From Nitrospirota bacterium (GTDB lineage: Bacteria > Nitrospirota > UBA9217), in NCBI GenBank assembly GCA_963737155.1, contig CAVTRN010000001.1:1248001-1312000 (forward strand): a DNA stretch of 64,000 bases. Reading direction: 5' to 3'. Every line of letters starts with the position of its first letter. Within the stretch, counting starts at the first letter, position 1. The notes below the pieces were generated by a model. That model saw nothing but the letters and a program-made list of their open reading frames with translations, did not search any database and had not been told where the DNA came from. Positions 9,934 to 19,185 of the stretch are shown one piece after another. The translations under genes were made by a program, and so were the position numbers.

Positions 9934-10480
9934 TTTCCGCTGTTGCCAGAAAAAAAGTAGGCCTCCTGCCGCGATTAAAGAGTTTTTCAGATTCTGCGTC
10001 ACCGAGCGAAACGACGGACATATCTTCGGGTTACCATTGACCATCAGCTCCTAGTGCAATCCAACCCATAAACTAAACCTCAAGGGGAATTAATAACCAA
10101 GAGCACATAATATTTTTGTATCACAAACGCTGAAGGAGCTCACAAGCCCATTTAAAAAATTAAATGCCAAAGTTGAATTATAGGCTATTTTGGAGGGGAT
10201 TTCGACTAAAGACCGTTTGTGGCTACCAAATGCTTGTATATTGCTTACACGTTATTTCTGCTTGAAGACAATTGTGGAACTGTTGAACTAATTTAAGAAT
10301 CATCAATCTTCAATATTAATTCAAATTTTTTGCGAGCCGTCTGGCATGAAATACTGCAATCTGGCAATTATTTGGATTCGCTGTCTAAGGTATTACTTCG
10401 GTAAACCTTTTATCATCATTGGTGTCATTATAAAGAGGAGGTAATTTTCTATTAGAGATAACAAAGAAGGGGGGATTGAT

Positions 10481-10885
10481 ATGAAAAGTATAATTTATCT
10501 TTCCATTGTTATCATGGTAATTCTCCTGGTAGTTTTTGCAGTGGGTGTTCCTCTGTATGCATACGGAGGAGGCCACGGAGGAAGCCATGGAGGAGGTTTT
10601 AGAGGAGGCCATGGAGGAGGGTATAGAGGAGGGTATAGAGGAGGGTATGGTGGTGGCATTTGGATCGGACCGGGATGGTGGGATCCTTGGTGGTGGGGTT
10701 TTCCCGCTTATCCTTATGATTACTATGATTACTCGGAGCCACCCGTCATAGAGCAGCAATCTCCTTCTGTACAGGAGCAACAGAATTACTGGTATTACTG
10801 TCCGGAACTTAAAGCATATTACCCATACGTGAAACAATGTCCTAGGGGGTGGTTGAAGGTTGTTCCGACCCCGAGACCGCGATAG
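10481..10885 (+). CDS. Exported Gly/Tyr/Trp-rich protein with C-terminal YWYYC...YYPYVxxCPxGW domain
   Basis: Signal peptide, GGH/GGYR low-complexity tract, two-Cys C-terminal motif. Confidence 0.75.
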   Translation: MKSIIYLSIVIMVILLVVFAVGVPLYAYGGGHGGSHGGGFRGGHGGGYRGGYRGGYGGGIWIGPGWWDPWWWGFPAYPYDYYDYSEPPVIEQQSPSVQEQQNYWYYCPELKAYYPYVKQCPRGWLKVVPTPRPR

Positions 10886-10904
10886 GGAAAGGGGTGAAAA
10901 CATC

Positions 10905-11471
10905 ATGAGGATATATAAAAGAAGCATCGTGATATCTTTTGCCCTTTTGGTAATGGGTGGATGTGCGACCATTCCGACCGGTCCTAACGTCATGGTTATG
11001 CCGCCTCCGGGTAAGCCATTTGACGTGTTCCGGGTGGAAGACGGCATCTGCAGGCAATGGGCACAACAGCAAATCGGGCTTAATCCTCAAGAGACGGCTA
11101 ATCAAAACACAGCCACGGGGGCCGTAGTCGGCACCGCTGTAGGAGCAGGACTGGGAGCGGCTATAGGGTCTGCATCAGGCAATGCAGGCGCCGGTGCGGC
11201 GATAGGTGCTGCAAGTGGACTTCTCGTCGGAACGGCCTCGGGTGCCAACGCGGGACAGGTTTATGGATGGGAGGCTCAACGACGGTATGATATTGCATAT
11301 GAGCAGTGCATGTACGCCAAGGGGAACATAATCCCAGGAATGAGACAATATTATTATTATCGTGGTCAGAGGACTCCTCCACCACCTCCCCCCCCATCGG
11401 ACATGAATTCCGAGCCACCCGATGTTTCACAGCCCAATCTAGCACCACCGCCTCCTCCTCCCGTGCAGTAG
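10905..11471 (+). CDS. Glycine-zipper lipoprotein with proline-rich tail
   Basis: Lipobox MGGC, GAVVGTAVGAGLGAAIG...GAAIGAASG zipper, YDIAYEQCMYAKG, poly-Pro C-terminus. Confidence 0.78.
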   Translation: MRIYKRSIVISFALLVMGGCATIPTGPNVMVMPPPGKPFDVFRVEDGICRQWAQQQIGLNPQETANQNTATGAVVGTAVGAGLGAAIGSASGNAGAGAAIGAASGLLVGTASGANAGQVYGWEAQRRYDIAYEQCMYAKGNIIPGMRQYYYYRGQRTPPPPPPPSDMNSEPPDVSQPNLAPPPPPPVQ

Positions 11472-12160
11472 TAAGGATGATAATCGGCGTGGAAAAAGTG
11501 GTGTGAGGGCATCATTCACTTTTCAATTAGATAAAGGATGTGGAGGATGGTAGCTGGGGGTTTCGTCTCGATTTTTGATCTTATTTTTCTCTAAAGTGTT
11601 CGCGCATGTCAATTATCGAGCAGTGACCCCTTTAATTAGTTTCCGATGGCTGATTCCAAACGTCACCGCCTTCCCTGATTCATTAGTTATCCATAGTATG
11701 TAGAGGACGATAAAAATACACCGAAAGAAGACTTGTCATGATTAACATTAGTAAACTCGATTTCAGTGGTAACACTCTTATATCGGTACTTGCCTAAAAT
11801 AAGTTGGAGTGTTCCACATGCCGAAAGGGAGGAGAAACGGGAAACACAGACCACACTTACGAAAGTTTTGGAGAAGCCTACTCGACTAACCAGATATTCG
11901 TTAACATCTGCTCGAGAAAAGATACGTTATTTGTAATGACGCGCAATTCTTCTTTCTCTCAAGGTCACTCTGGTACTAAGCAAGTGCAACGTTTTTATCT
12001 TTTACAACAGCAGACTGAGCAACAGGTGCATATTATTCGCCAAGCGCCATTTCGGCAAGATCGCCTGCAACGGATGTGAGCAGAGTCTCTCATACTATAG
12101 AAATGCTTTTCCTGACGTCCTTCATAATTCGTGATAGCTTCGTAGTTTTATTAGTATATC

Positions 12161-12186
12161 CCGCAGCTTGCTGCGGAGAGGTTCAT
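12161..12186 (+). repeat. IS200/IS605 right-end-like hairpin (solo)
   Basis: CCGCAG-CTTG-CTGCGG hairpin followed by AGAGGTTCAT; no transposase nearby. Confidence 0.3.
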
Positions 12187-12752
12187 TTGCGGCTCTTGTA
12201 TGTTTTAGAGAACACAGTTCATTTGTTTGTTAAGACAAGGACAAGACCCTGTTACAGTCCCCGGGTTCGTTTACCTCATTACGTATTAAATTATCTCCGG
12301 TCACAGTCGTTTAATTTGTATCAACACTCACCTGCAGTTCATCAGACATATACCCCGTTGTGGTGTAATTCATGGGGTTCATATACGTGATCTGCTAAAA
12401 TAGAGACAAAGGCTTCCGCAGGTGCTGGACTGCCATTTTGCCAGAGGTCCAAACGGTACATCATGCTTTTGCGGCTTCCTATCTTGTTTAGAGCATATGG
12501 CGTCTATATGCTGAAATATTCATATTAATTATGTGGTACCGTAAAAAAAGGAGACCTCTAATTCGGTTTCCGATTTCGGGATATACCTTCAACTATGCGA
12601 TCTGGGGCCAACCAAGGCAAGAGCGTTATATTATCCTGAAATAGGCAATTAATGAGGTAAGGCCCATTTGCCTTGGATAGAGGGGATTCTCGTCTCGCTC
12701 CGACAAAGAACCATTTGAATACCTAGGGCTCCATTGTTCTACGTTACTAATT

Positions 12753-12806
12753 CTTTAACTACTGCTCCATGCCGCCAGCTTCGTGGCTTGTGAGCTTGCG
12801 TTAGAC
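12753..12806 (+). other. Degenerate attC-like integron recombination site
   Basis: CTTTAAC...GCTCCA...GCCGCCAGCTTCGTGGC...TGAGC...GTTAGAC has the attC layout and lies just before the VIT gene; short (54 bp) and imperfect. Confidence 0.4.
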
Positions 12807-12829
12807 GTCGCTATCACAACCCCGAATGG

Positions 12830-13543
12830 ATGAGACTCATGAGTCACATTGAAAGACACAGGACACATCGTATTGGATGGCTCCGTGCTGCTGTTCTTGG
12901 GGCAAATGATGGGATTGTTTCCACGGCTAGCCTTGTCCTTGGCGTGGCTGCAGCAGGTGCAACCTTAAAGAGTATCTTGATCACGGGTGTTGCCGGTCTT
13001 GTCGCCGGTGCCATGTCTATGGCCGCGGGCGAGTATGTCTCGGTGAGTTCTCAAGCCGATACCGAGAACGCCGATCTGGATATGGAGCGGCAGGCACTGG
13101 CTGATGATCCTGAGGATGAACACGCGGAGTTGACAGCCATCTATGTCCAGCGTGGACTTGACGCGGAACTTGCGTCCCAAGTCGCTACCCAGTTGATGGC
13201 GCACGACGCACTCGGTGCGCATGCGCGTGATGAGATGGGCTTATCGGTAACGTTGATCGCCCGACCGATACAGGCCGCATTGGCATCAGCCGCCACTTTT
13301 GCGGTTGGCGCTGCAATGCCTCTCTCGGTTATCCTGCTGGTGCCGCCATCTGCACTCCTCTGGGTCGTTGCGAGCAGCTCGCTTTTGTTTCTTGCGATAT
13401 TAGGTTCTCTGGCCGCGGTTGCGGGCGGGGCTTCTGTGATTGCCGCTGCCGCGCGGGTCACCTTCTGGGGCGCTTTGGCCATGGCCTTAACAGCTGGAGC
13501 TGGGGCTTTGTTTGGGGTAACTGCTTTAAGTTCCCTCCATTAA
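12830..13543 (+). CDS. VIT1/CCC1 family Fe/Mn transporter
   Basis: WLRAAVLGANDGIVS and GAMSMAAGEYVSVSSQ signatures. Confidence 0.92.
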   Translation: MRLMSHIERHRTHRIGWLRAAVLGANDGIVSTASLVLGVAAAGATLKSILITGVAGLVAGAMSMAAGEYVSVSSQADTENADLDMERQALADDPEDEHAELTAIYVQRGLDAELASQVATQLMAHDALGAHARDEMGLSVTLIARPIQAALASAATFAVGAAMPLSVILLVPPSALLWVVASSSLLFLAILGSLAAVAGGASVIAAAARVTFWGALAMALTAGAGALFGVTALSSLH

Positions 13544-13755
13544 AATGCATGCATATTTAGCTTTTCTCGACAACTAGTCCTCCCGCGTCCCGCACGTTAT
13601 TATGATATGCATCATAGCCTGTTTGCCATGACTATAATACCATAGCACCATGATTCTAATATTATCACCTTTGAGTCTGAACGTTGCATTTTTGATTATA
13701 TGGGGTTTCGTATTGCGGTTTTCAATCTTCAGAAACAACAAAAAGGGAGAAAAGA

Positions 13756-14448
13756 ATGAGAGTCCACGTATTGCAGCATGTCCCATTTGAAGGCTTGGGC
13801 AGCATTGCTTCGTGGCTAAAGGCCCGCGGTGCTGACGTGAGCTATACTCGTTTTTACGAAGAACCCATTCTTCCGCAGCTAAACGGTCTTGATCTTGTCA
13901 TCGCGATGGGCGGACCAATGAGCGTGAATGACGAGTCGACTTTGCACTGGCTCCGTATGGAAAAACAGTTTATTCGTAATGCGGTGGAACAAGGCATTCA
14001 CGTGCTTGGTGTCTGTCTTGGTGCGCAGCTCATCGCTAGCGCTTTCGGATCGCGCGTCTACCGGAACCCCCTAAGGGAAATCGGATGGTTTCAAATCGAG
14101 GCAACTCCTGGCTCTGCGGACGTGTTTCGTTTCCCGGATAAATGTTCGGTGTTTCACTGGCATGGTGAGACCTTCGATCTTCCTAACTGGGCCGTCCGTT
14201 TGGCGAGAAGTGCTGCATGCGAGAACCAAGCATTTCAGATTGGACGGCATGTCATCGGCTTGCAGTTCCATCTTGAAACGACACCAGGTAGCGCGACCTC
14301 CCTTTTAATCAACTGCGGGGATGAGCTTGCGCCTGGCCCCTACATTCAGTCCGAATTGGAATTGCGAGATGTACCGGATGCCGCATACGCAGAGATCAAT
14401 ATTCTCATGGATGAAGTGCTTTCCTACCTGACATGCGCTCAAAGCTGA
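13756..14448 (+). CDS. Type 1 glutamine amidotransferase-like protein
   Basis: LQHVPFEG, MGGPMS, GVCLGAQL (Cys nucleophile), FHWHGET, QFHLE. Confidence 0.9.
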   Translation: MRVHVLQHVPFEGLGSIASWLKARGADVSYTRFYEEPILPQLNGLDLVIAMGGPMSVNDESTLHWLRMEKQFIRNAVEQGIHVLGVCLGAQLIASAFGSRVYRNPLREIGWFQIEATPGSADVFRFPDKCSVFHWHGETFDLPNWAVRLARSAACENQAFQIGRHVIGLQFHLETTPGSATSLLINCGDELAPGPYIQSELELRDVPDAAYAEINILMDEVLSYLTCAQS

Positions 14449-15151
14449 CTTATCTTCATGACATGAGTTCCACACCGAACTAGCCTGTAACGCACGACGT
14501 AGGCGTTCGGATAAGTTGGACCCTGTATTCGCCGATTTCAAGGAAGCGGAGAATGCCGATAGACGGCGTGACAACATAAAGGAAGTGTGCAGTAGTTGCT
14601 TCATTCGGCACCTTTCATAGATGGCTTCTATAAACAATTTGATAATTTGTCAATTTTTACAACGTCAAGTTCGCCAGTCCGGAGACAAAAATATGACAAG
14701 TGTTAATCCCACCGTTATCCTATGGTCGTAATGCTAAACAGACTTGTTTCTATTCCTTCTAATTCTTACCTCCTCGGTTTCATCCTACTAAAGTATATTT
14801 TTATCTTCTTCAGATAAAGTCACCCCATTTTTCTTAACAGTCACGATAATTCGATCAATCAAAAAACTTTATACGGGACATTAGCTCTGGGATTGCAGTG
14901 TTGAATCACAGCGTAAAGAGTGAAAGTGCGCAGTGGTTCAATCCCCACTTCCAGCCAGAGTTGGTTATAGTATCAATCTGTCGCAACTCGCATGATTGAA
15001 CCGTTGTTCCAAAACGTCATATACGTGAATGCCCGGATGTCGTCGCAGAAAAATTCGGTTTTTTTTATCATTAGACTGATTGAGAAGTCCACATAGAATC
15101 ATTTTACAGGTGAATTTCTAGAGAAGAATATTGCAGATCCTTCGAGCGCAA

Positions 15152-15272
15152 AAGAACATCCTGATAACGGACTCTCCGGCGTTGTCAAGACCACTGCTAT
15201 TGTCTGATTTGCTAGAGGCGCTCAAGGATTCTTACCCCGCTGGTTTTTACACCAGCGAGATGAGGGAAGGTG
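15152..15272 (+). pseudogene. N-terminal relic of a THEP1-type NTPase
   Basis: KNILIT / frameshift / GLSGVVKTT, then LLEALKDSYPAGFYTSEMREG; resembles KNILITGxPGVGKTT...GFYTEEIREG. Confidence 0.5.
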
Positions 15273-15297
15273 AGCCGGGCAGTTTGCCAAAAAACGC

Positions 15298-15326
15298 TTG
15301 ACAGACTTGTTTAAGTGTGCTACTAA
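15298..15326 (+). promoter_or_regulatory. Putative sigma70 promoter of the exbB-exbD-tonB-TBDR operon
   Basis: TTGACA-17 nt-TACTAA, overlapped by the first NikR-type box. Confidence 0.5.
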
Positions 15327-15373
15327 AATTAAAATCATAACACGCAGTTACACGATTCTTAATATCGTAGCAC
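15317..15373. promoter_or_regulatory. Two tandem NikR-type operators
   Basis: GTGCTAC-13 nt-ATAACAC (15317-15343) and GTTACAC-13 nt-GTAGCAC (15347-15373). Confidence 0.6.
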
Positions 15374-15497
15374 ATATAATCTTCCTCTTCTTTCGATGTG
15401 ATCTCAAGATGATCGCTGTTGGATAACAGACAGGGTCCGCGTTCGGCATGTTCTGGTGCAAGAGAAATAAAGTAAAAAGCAAAGGAGTGGGGGAAAA

Positions 15498-15932
15498 ATG
15501 GAATGGCTCAGAGTTGCTATTGATTATGGAATCATGGGATTATTGCTGCTCTTAAGTATTGTATCTGTTGCAATAGCTGTTGAAAGGCATCTGGTCTACA
15601 AGAATCTCAACATAAGCCAATATCGGGATATAAAAAGCCTGGAAATCGTGCTTACCGAGAAGCTTCACTTCATTGCAACTATTGGAAGCAATGCTCCCTA
15701 TATCGGACTGCTCGGCACGGTGCTTGGTATCATGCTCACCTTTTACACGATGGGGAAAGAGGGCTTCATGGACTCGGGGAAGATCATGATCGGTCTTTCC
15801 CTCGCCTTGAAGGCTACGGCCGCAGGATTGCTTGTTGCTATCCCGTCTGTTGTCCTTTACAACCTTCTGGTGAGAAGGGCAAAGGTTCTGATGATGCAGT
15901 GGGAGATAAATAATGGACGAGAAAGAGTTTAA
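15498..15932 (+). CDS. exbB: ExbB (short type) TonB-system energizer
   Basis: [19 protein letters not shown] and [14 protein letters not shown]; only 144 aa. Confidence 0.92.
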   Translation: MEWLRVAIDYGIMGLLLLLSIVSVAIAVERHLVYKNLNISQYRDIKSLEIVLTEKLHFIATIGSNAPYIGLLGTVLGIMLTFYTMGKEGFMDSGKIMIGLSLALKATAAGLLVAIPSVVLYNLLVRRAKVLMMQWEINNGRERV

Positions 15933-16293
15933 TTACATCAATGTCATACCTCTTGTTGATGTGATGCTTGTGCTTCTCACGATCGTGCTGACGACATCTA
16001 GCTTTATTGCAACGGGGGCCCTTCCGGTTGAACTTCCCAAGGCGGCGAAGAGCCCGTCAGAGATAGCGAAGACGCTGACCATCGAGATAGACGTAAGCGG
16101 GAACATATGTCTAAACCGCCGTCCTGCATCGCTTGATGAATTGAATATCTCGTTGCAAGCCATCCCCAGAGATATTCCGCTTCTTATCAGGGCTGACAAG
16201 AATATCCGTCTGCAGGCATTTGTAGACGTCCTTGACGTCGTGAAAAACCTAGAATTTAAAAGGGTCAGCTTGCAGACGCAAGAGATGAGATGA
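15913..16293 (+). CDS. exbD: ExbD
   Basis: [14 protein letters not shown] transmembrane segment with Asp; IRADK. Confidence 0.92.
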   Translation: MDEKEFNYINVIPLVDVMLVLLTIVLTTSSFIATGALPVELPKAAKSPSEIAKTLTIEIDVSGNICLNRRPASLDELNISLQAIPRDIPLLIRADKNIRLQAFVDVLDVVKNLEFKRVSLQTQEMR

Positions 16294-16952
16294 AGTACCA
16301 GCGTATCGGCTTACAGATATCCATCCTCATACACCTATTGCTCTGTATGATTGGCTTCGGGTATGGCTATTTTTTCTTAGTTCCTGCGAGCGCACCCATT
16401 CCTCTCGAGATCGGGATTATCTCCTGTCCTGAGCCCGCCCCGATTCAGGTTGCGCGGCAGCACAGGAACCGATTCCACATGGTTAAAGAATCCCGTAAGC
16501 CGGCGCAGCAGCCGGAAACACTCTCTCGGACAGCGGTGGCTGAGCAACCGATTGTGAGGCAGGAAGTGATAGCCGCGCAGACAGGAACGGCCCCACAGAA
16601 GGAAGCTGGCCCGCAGGCAGGAACGGACGAATCTTTAAAAGCGAGTCAAACTGCACCTAACGGCTCGATAGTCGGTCCCGTTTTTAATGCTGATTATCTG
16701 CATAATCCAAAACCATTATACCCGCTTATTGCGCGGCGGTTGAAGCTGGAAGGAACCGTTGTAGTACGGGTGCTGGTAAGCTCCGCGGGTAAGGCTGAAG
16801 CCGTCCACTTGGGGACAAGCTCCGGATCGAATGTGCTGGATCAAGCAGCTTTAAATGCTGTGCAGGAGTGGTCATTCGTACCGGCGCAGCAGGGAGTTCA
16901 GCCTGTTACCTCCTGGGTGGACGTCCCCATTCGTTTTCGCTTGACCGACTGA
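16290..16952 (+). CDS. tonB: TonB energy transducer
   Basis: N-terminal TM, then YPLIARRLKLEGTV...SSG...LDQAALNAV..W.F.PA C-terminal domain. Confidence 0.9.
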   Translation: MKYQRIGLQISILIHLLLCMIGFGYGYFFLVPASAPIPLEIGIISCPEPAPIQVARQHRNRFHMVKESRKPAQQPETLSRTAVAEQPIVRQEVIAAQTGTAPQKEAGPQAGTDESLKASQTAPNGSIVGPVFNADYLHNPKPLYPLIARRLKLEGTVVVRVLVSSAGKAEAVHLGTSSGSNVLDQAALNAVQEWSFVPAQQGVQPVTSWVDVPIRFRLTD

Positions 16953-17014
16953 CGTGGCCCAAACCGCAGATCAGGAATGAAAAGTTATGCCGGATTTTTT
17001 TGGAGGAGTACCAT

Positions 17015-19087
17015 ATGCACCGACGGATTAAAAGCCGGTACATTGCCATATTTGCTATCGGGATGCTCTTATTTTCTAGTGGGCCTACAGCACCTGTCTT
17101 TGCCGGAGGAGTCCAGACTCTCAATACCGTGGAAGTGACCGGTTCTGCTGAGGATCTGGTGGGCTCGGCGGATTCCGCTACCGAGGGAACCATCACGCCT
17201 CAACAGATCGAAGACCTTCCTGTGTTGCGGACCGGTGAATTTCTTGAAGAAGTTCCGGGCCTGATTGTCAGCCAGCACAGTGGCGAAGGCAAGGCGAACC
17301 AATACTATTTACGCGGATTTGACCTCGATCACGGGACTGATTTGGCAACGACAGTGGCGGGTATGCCGATCAATATGCCGACCCATGCGCATGGGCAGGG
17401 ATATACGGACTTGAACTTCTTAATGCCGGAACTTCTTGGAGGCATCCAATACAGAAAAGGGCCGTACTACGCAGATCAGGGAGACTTTTCCGCCGCCGGC
17501 GCCGTCACCATGGATTACGTCAATGTGCTGGACCGGAATATCGCTGAAGCGGGCATAGGGAACGAAGGCTATCGCCGGGCTTTGGTGGCGGGGTCCTCGG
17601 CGCTTGCCGGAGGGCATCTGCTCTACGGTCTTGAAGCGTATCATCATGACGGACCCTGGGTTCACCCTGACGATTACGATAAATTCAATAGCGTGCTTCG
17701 CTACAGTCATGGTGATGCTCAAAACGGCTACAGCATAACCGCCCTGGGTTACGACGGTACCTGGAATGCCACGAACCAGGCCGCTATCCGCGCCATAGAT
17801 GAAGGCCTGATCTCCCGTTATGGCGCCCTCTCTCCCATGGATGCAGGAAATTCTTATCGATTCAGCCTTTCCGCGGAAGGGCAACAGACATCGGAGGATT
17901 CGATTACCCGGGAGAATGCATATCTGATCAAGTATCAAATGACTTTGTGGAACAATTTTACGTATGATTTGGTGGATCAGGTCAATGGAGACCAGTTTGA
18001 GCAGCACGATGAGCGGATCGTTTCCGGTTTCGGTGTCAGCCATGATTGGATAACGCAGCTGGCTGGCCACGATATGGTCAATACCGTCGGAGTGCAGGTA
18101 CGCAATGACGACATCAGTCCGGTCGGACTGTACCATACCATGAATCAGCAGGTGCTTTACCTGACAGAGCAGGACACTGTCATACAAACCAGCGGAAGCG
18201 TTTATGTACAGAACCGTTTTCAATGGTCGGATAAATTCCGCAGCATAGTGGGGCTCCGCGGGGACGCTTACCATTGGGACGTTACGGCCAATATCCCCCA
18301 AAATTCCGGCGACGCCCACGCATCCCTCCTGGATCCTAAATTGAGCCTGATTTTCGGACCCTGGGATAAGACAGAATTCTATATAAATGCCGGCCAAGGT
18401 TTCCACAGCAATGACGGACGAGGAACAACCATGACGGTGGACCCACTGACACTCGAGCCGACCAGCAAAGTCAGCCCCCTCGTGCGGGCCGAGGGGCTTG
18501 ATGTCGGGACGAGAACCGCGGTCATCCCGAATTTGCAAAGCGAGCTTACTTTTTGGGCACTCAATCTGGCCTCTGAGCTCGTCTTCGATGCCGACGTAGG
18601 CGAAACCACGCCGAGCTATGAGAGCCGCCGGTATGGCTTGGAATGGGCAAACTATTATAAGCCGACGTCATGGTTTACACTTGATGCAGACTTAGCCTTA
18701 TCTCATGCGCGCTTTGTCGGTGATCCTGTCGGAAACCGCATTCCTGGTTCACCCGAAGCAATATTCTCTGCCGGAGCCTCTGTTGACAATATAAATGGCT
18801 ATCTCGGCAGCCTGAAGGTGCGTTATTTCGGACCACGCCCGCTTTATGATGACAACAGTGTCCGGTCCGAAGCGTCCACAATCGTGGACGGCCGGGTCGG
18901 TTATAAATTCAGCAATAACTGGCGTCTCTTCCTTGATGTTTTCAACCTGTTTGACGCAAAGGCCAGCGATATTGACTATTTTTACGTATCCCGGCTTCCG
19001 GGTGAGCCTCCGGCAGGCGTAGCGGATATTTCCACTCACCCAGCTGATCCGCTGGAAGCTCGCCTTACACTTTCCATGAGCTTCTGA
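17015..19087 (+). CDS. TonB-dependent outer membrane receptor, probable nickel/metal uptake
   Basis: Signal peptide, TVEVTG TonB box, plug with HSGEGKANQYYLRGFDLDHGTD and PTHAHGQG, terminal Phe; GGAGG RBS before 17015. Confidence 0.88.
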   Translation: MHRRIKSRYIAIFAIGMLLFSSGPTAPVFAGGVQTLNTVEVTGSAEDLVGSADSATEGTITPQQIEDLPVLRTGEFLEEVPGLIVSQHSGEGKANQYYLRGFDLDHGTDLATTVAGMPINMPTHAHGQGYTDLNFLMPELLGGIQYRKGPYYADQGDFSAAGAVTMDYVNVLDRNIAEAGIGNEGYRRALVAGSSALAGGHLLYGLEAYHHDGPWVHPDDYDKFNSVLRYSHGDAQNGYSITALGYDGTWNATNQAAIRAIDEGLISRYGALSPMDAGNSYRFSLSAEGQQTSEDSITRENAYLIKYQMTLWNNFTYDLVDQVNGDQFEQHDERIVSGFGVSHDWITQLAGHDMVNTVGVQVRNDDISPVGLYHTMNQQVLYLTEQDTVIQTSGSVYVQNRFQWSDKFRSIVGLRGDAYHWDVTANIPQNSGDAHASLLDPKLSLIFGPWDKTEFYINAGQGFHSNDGRGTTMTVDPLTLEPTSKVSPLVRAEGLDVGTRTAVIPNLQSELTFWALNLASELVFDADVGETTPSYESRRYGLEWANYYKPTSWFTLDADLALSHARFVGDPVGNRIPGSPEAIFSAGASVDNINGYLGSLKVRYFGPRPLYDDNSVRSEASTIVDGRVGYKFSNNWRLFLDVFNLFDAKASDIDYFYVSRLPGEPPAGVADISTHPADPLEARLTLSMSF

Positions 19088-19185
19088 TGGCCGGTTCGTG
19101 TGCTACGCATAAAGTTCGCTTTGCATCGGTATAGAAAATCAGAGATGTTTTTATCTGAATAAATTTATGCCATGATGGATTTCAG

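Noticed and set aside
10342-10358. Sigma54-like TGGCATGAAATACTGCA
   Set aside because: GG-to-GC spacing is 11 nt rather than the required 10.
11804-12390. Two short ORFs with faint resemblance to an IS91-type transposase segment
   Set aside because: No catalytic motif or RBS; similarity too weak.
14885-14960. tRNA-like 3' end (GTGGTTCAATCCCCACTTCCAGCCA)
   Set aside because: The T-loop is irregular and no acceptor, D or anticodon arms can be folded; at most a decayed fragment.
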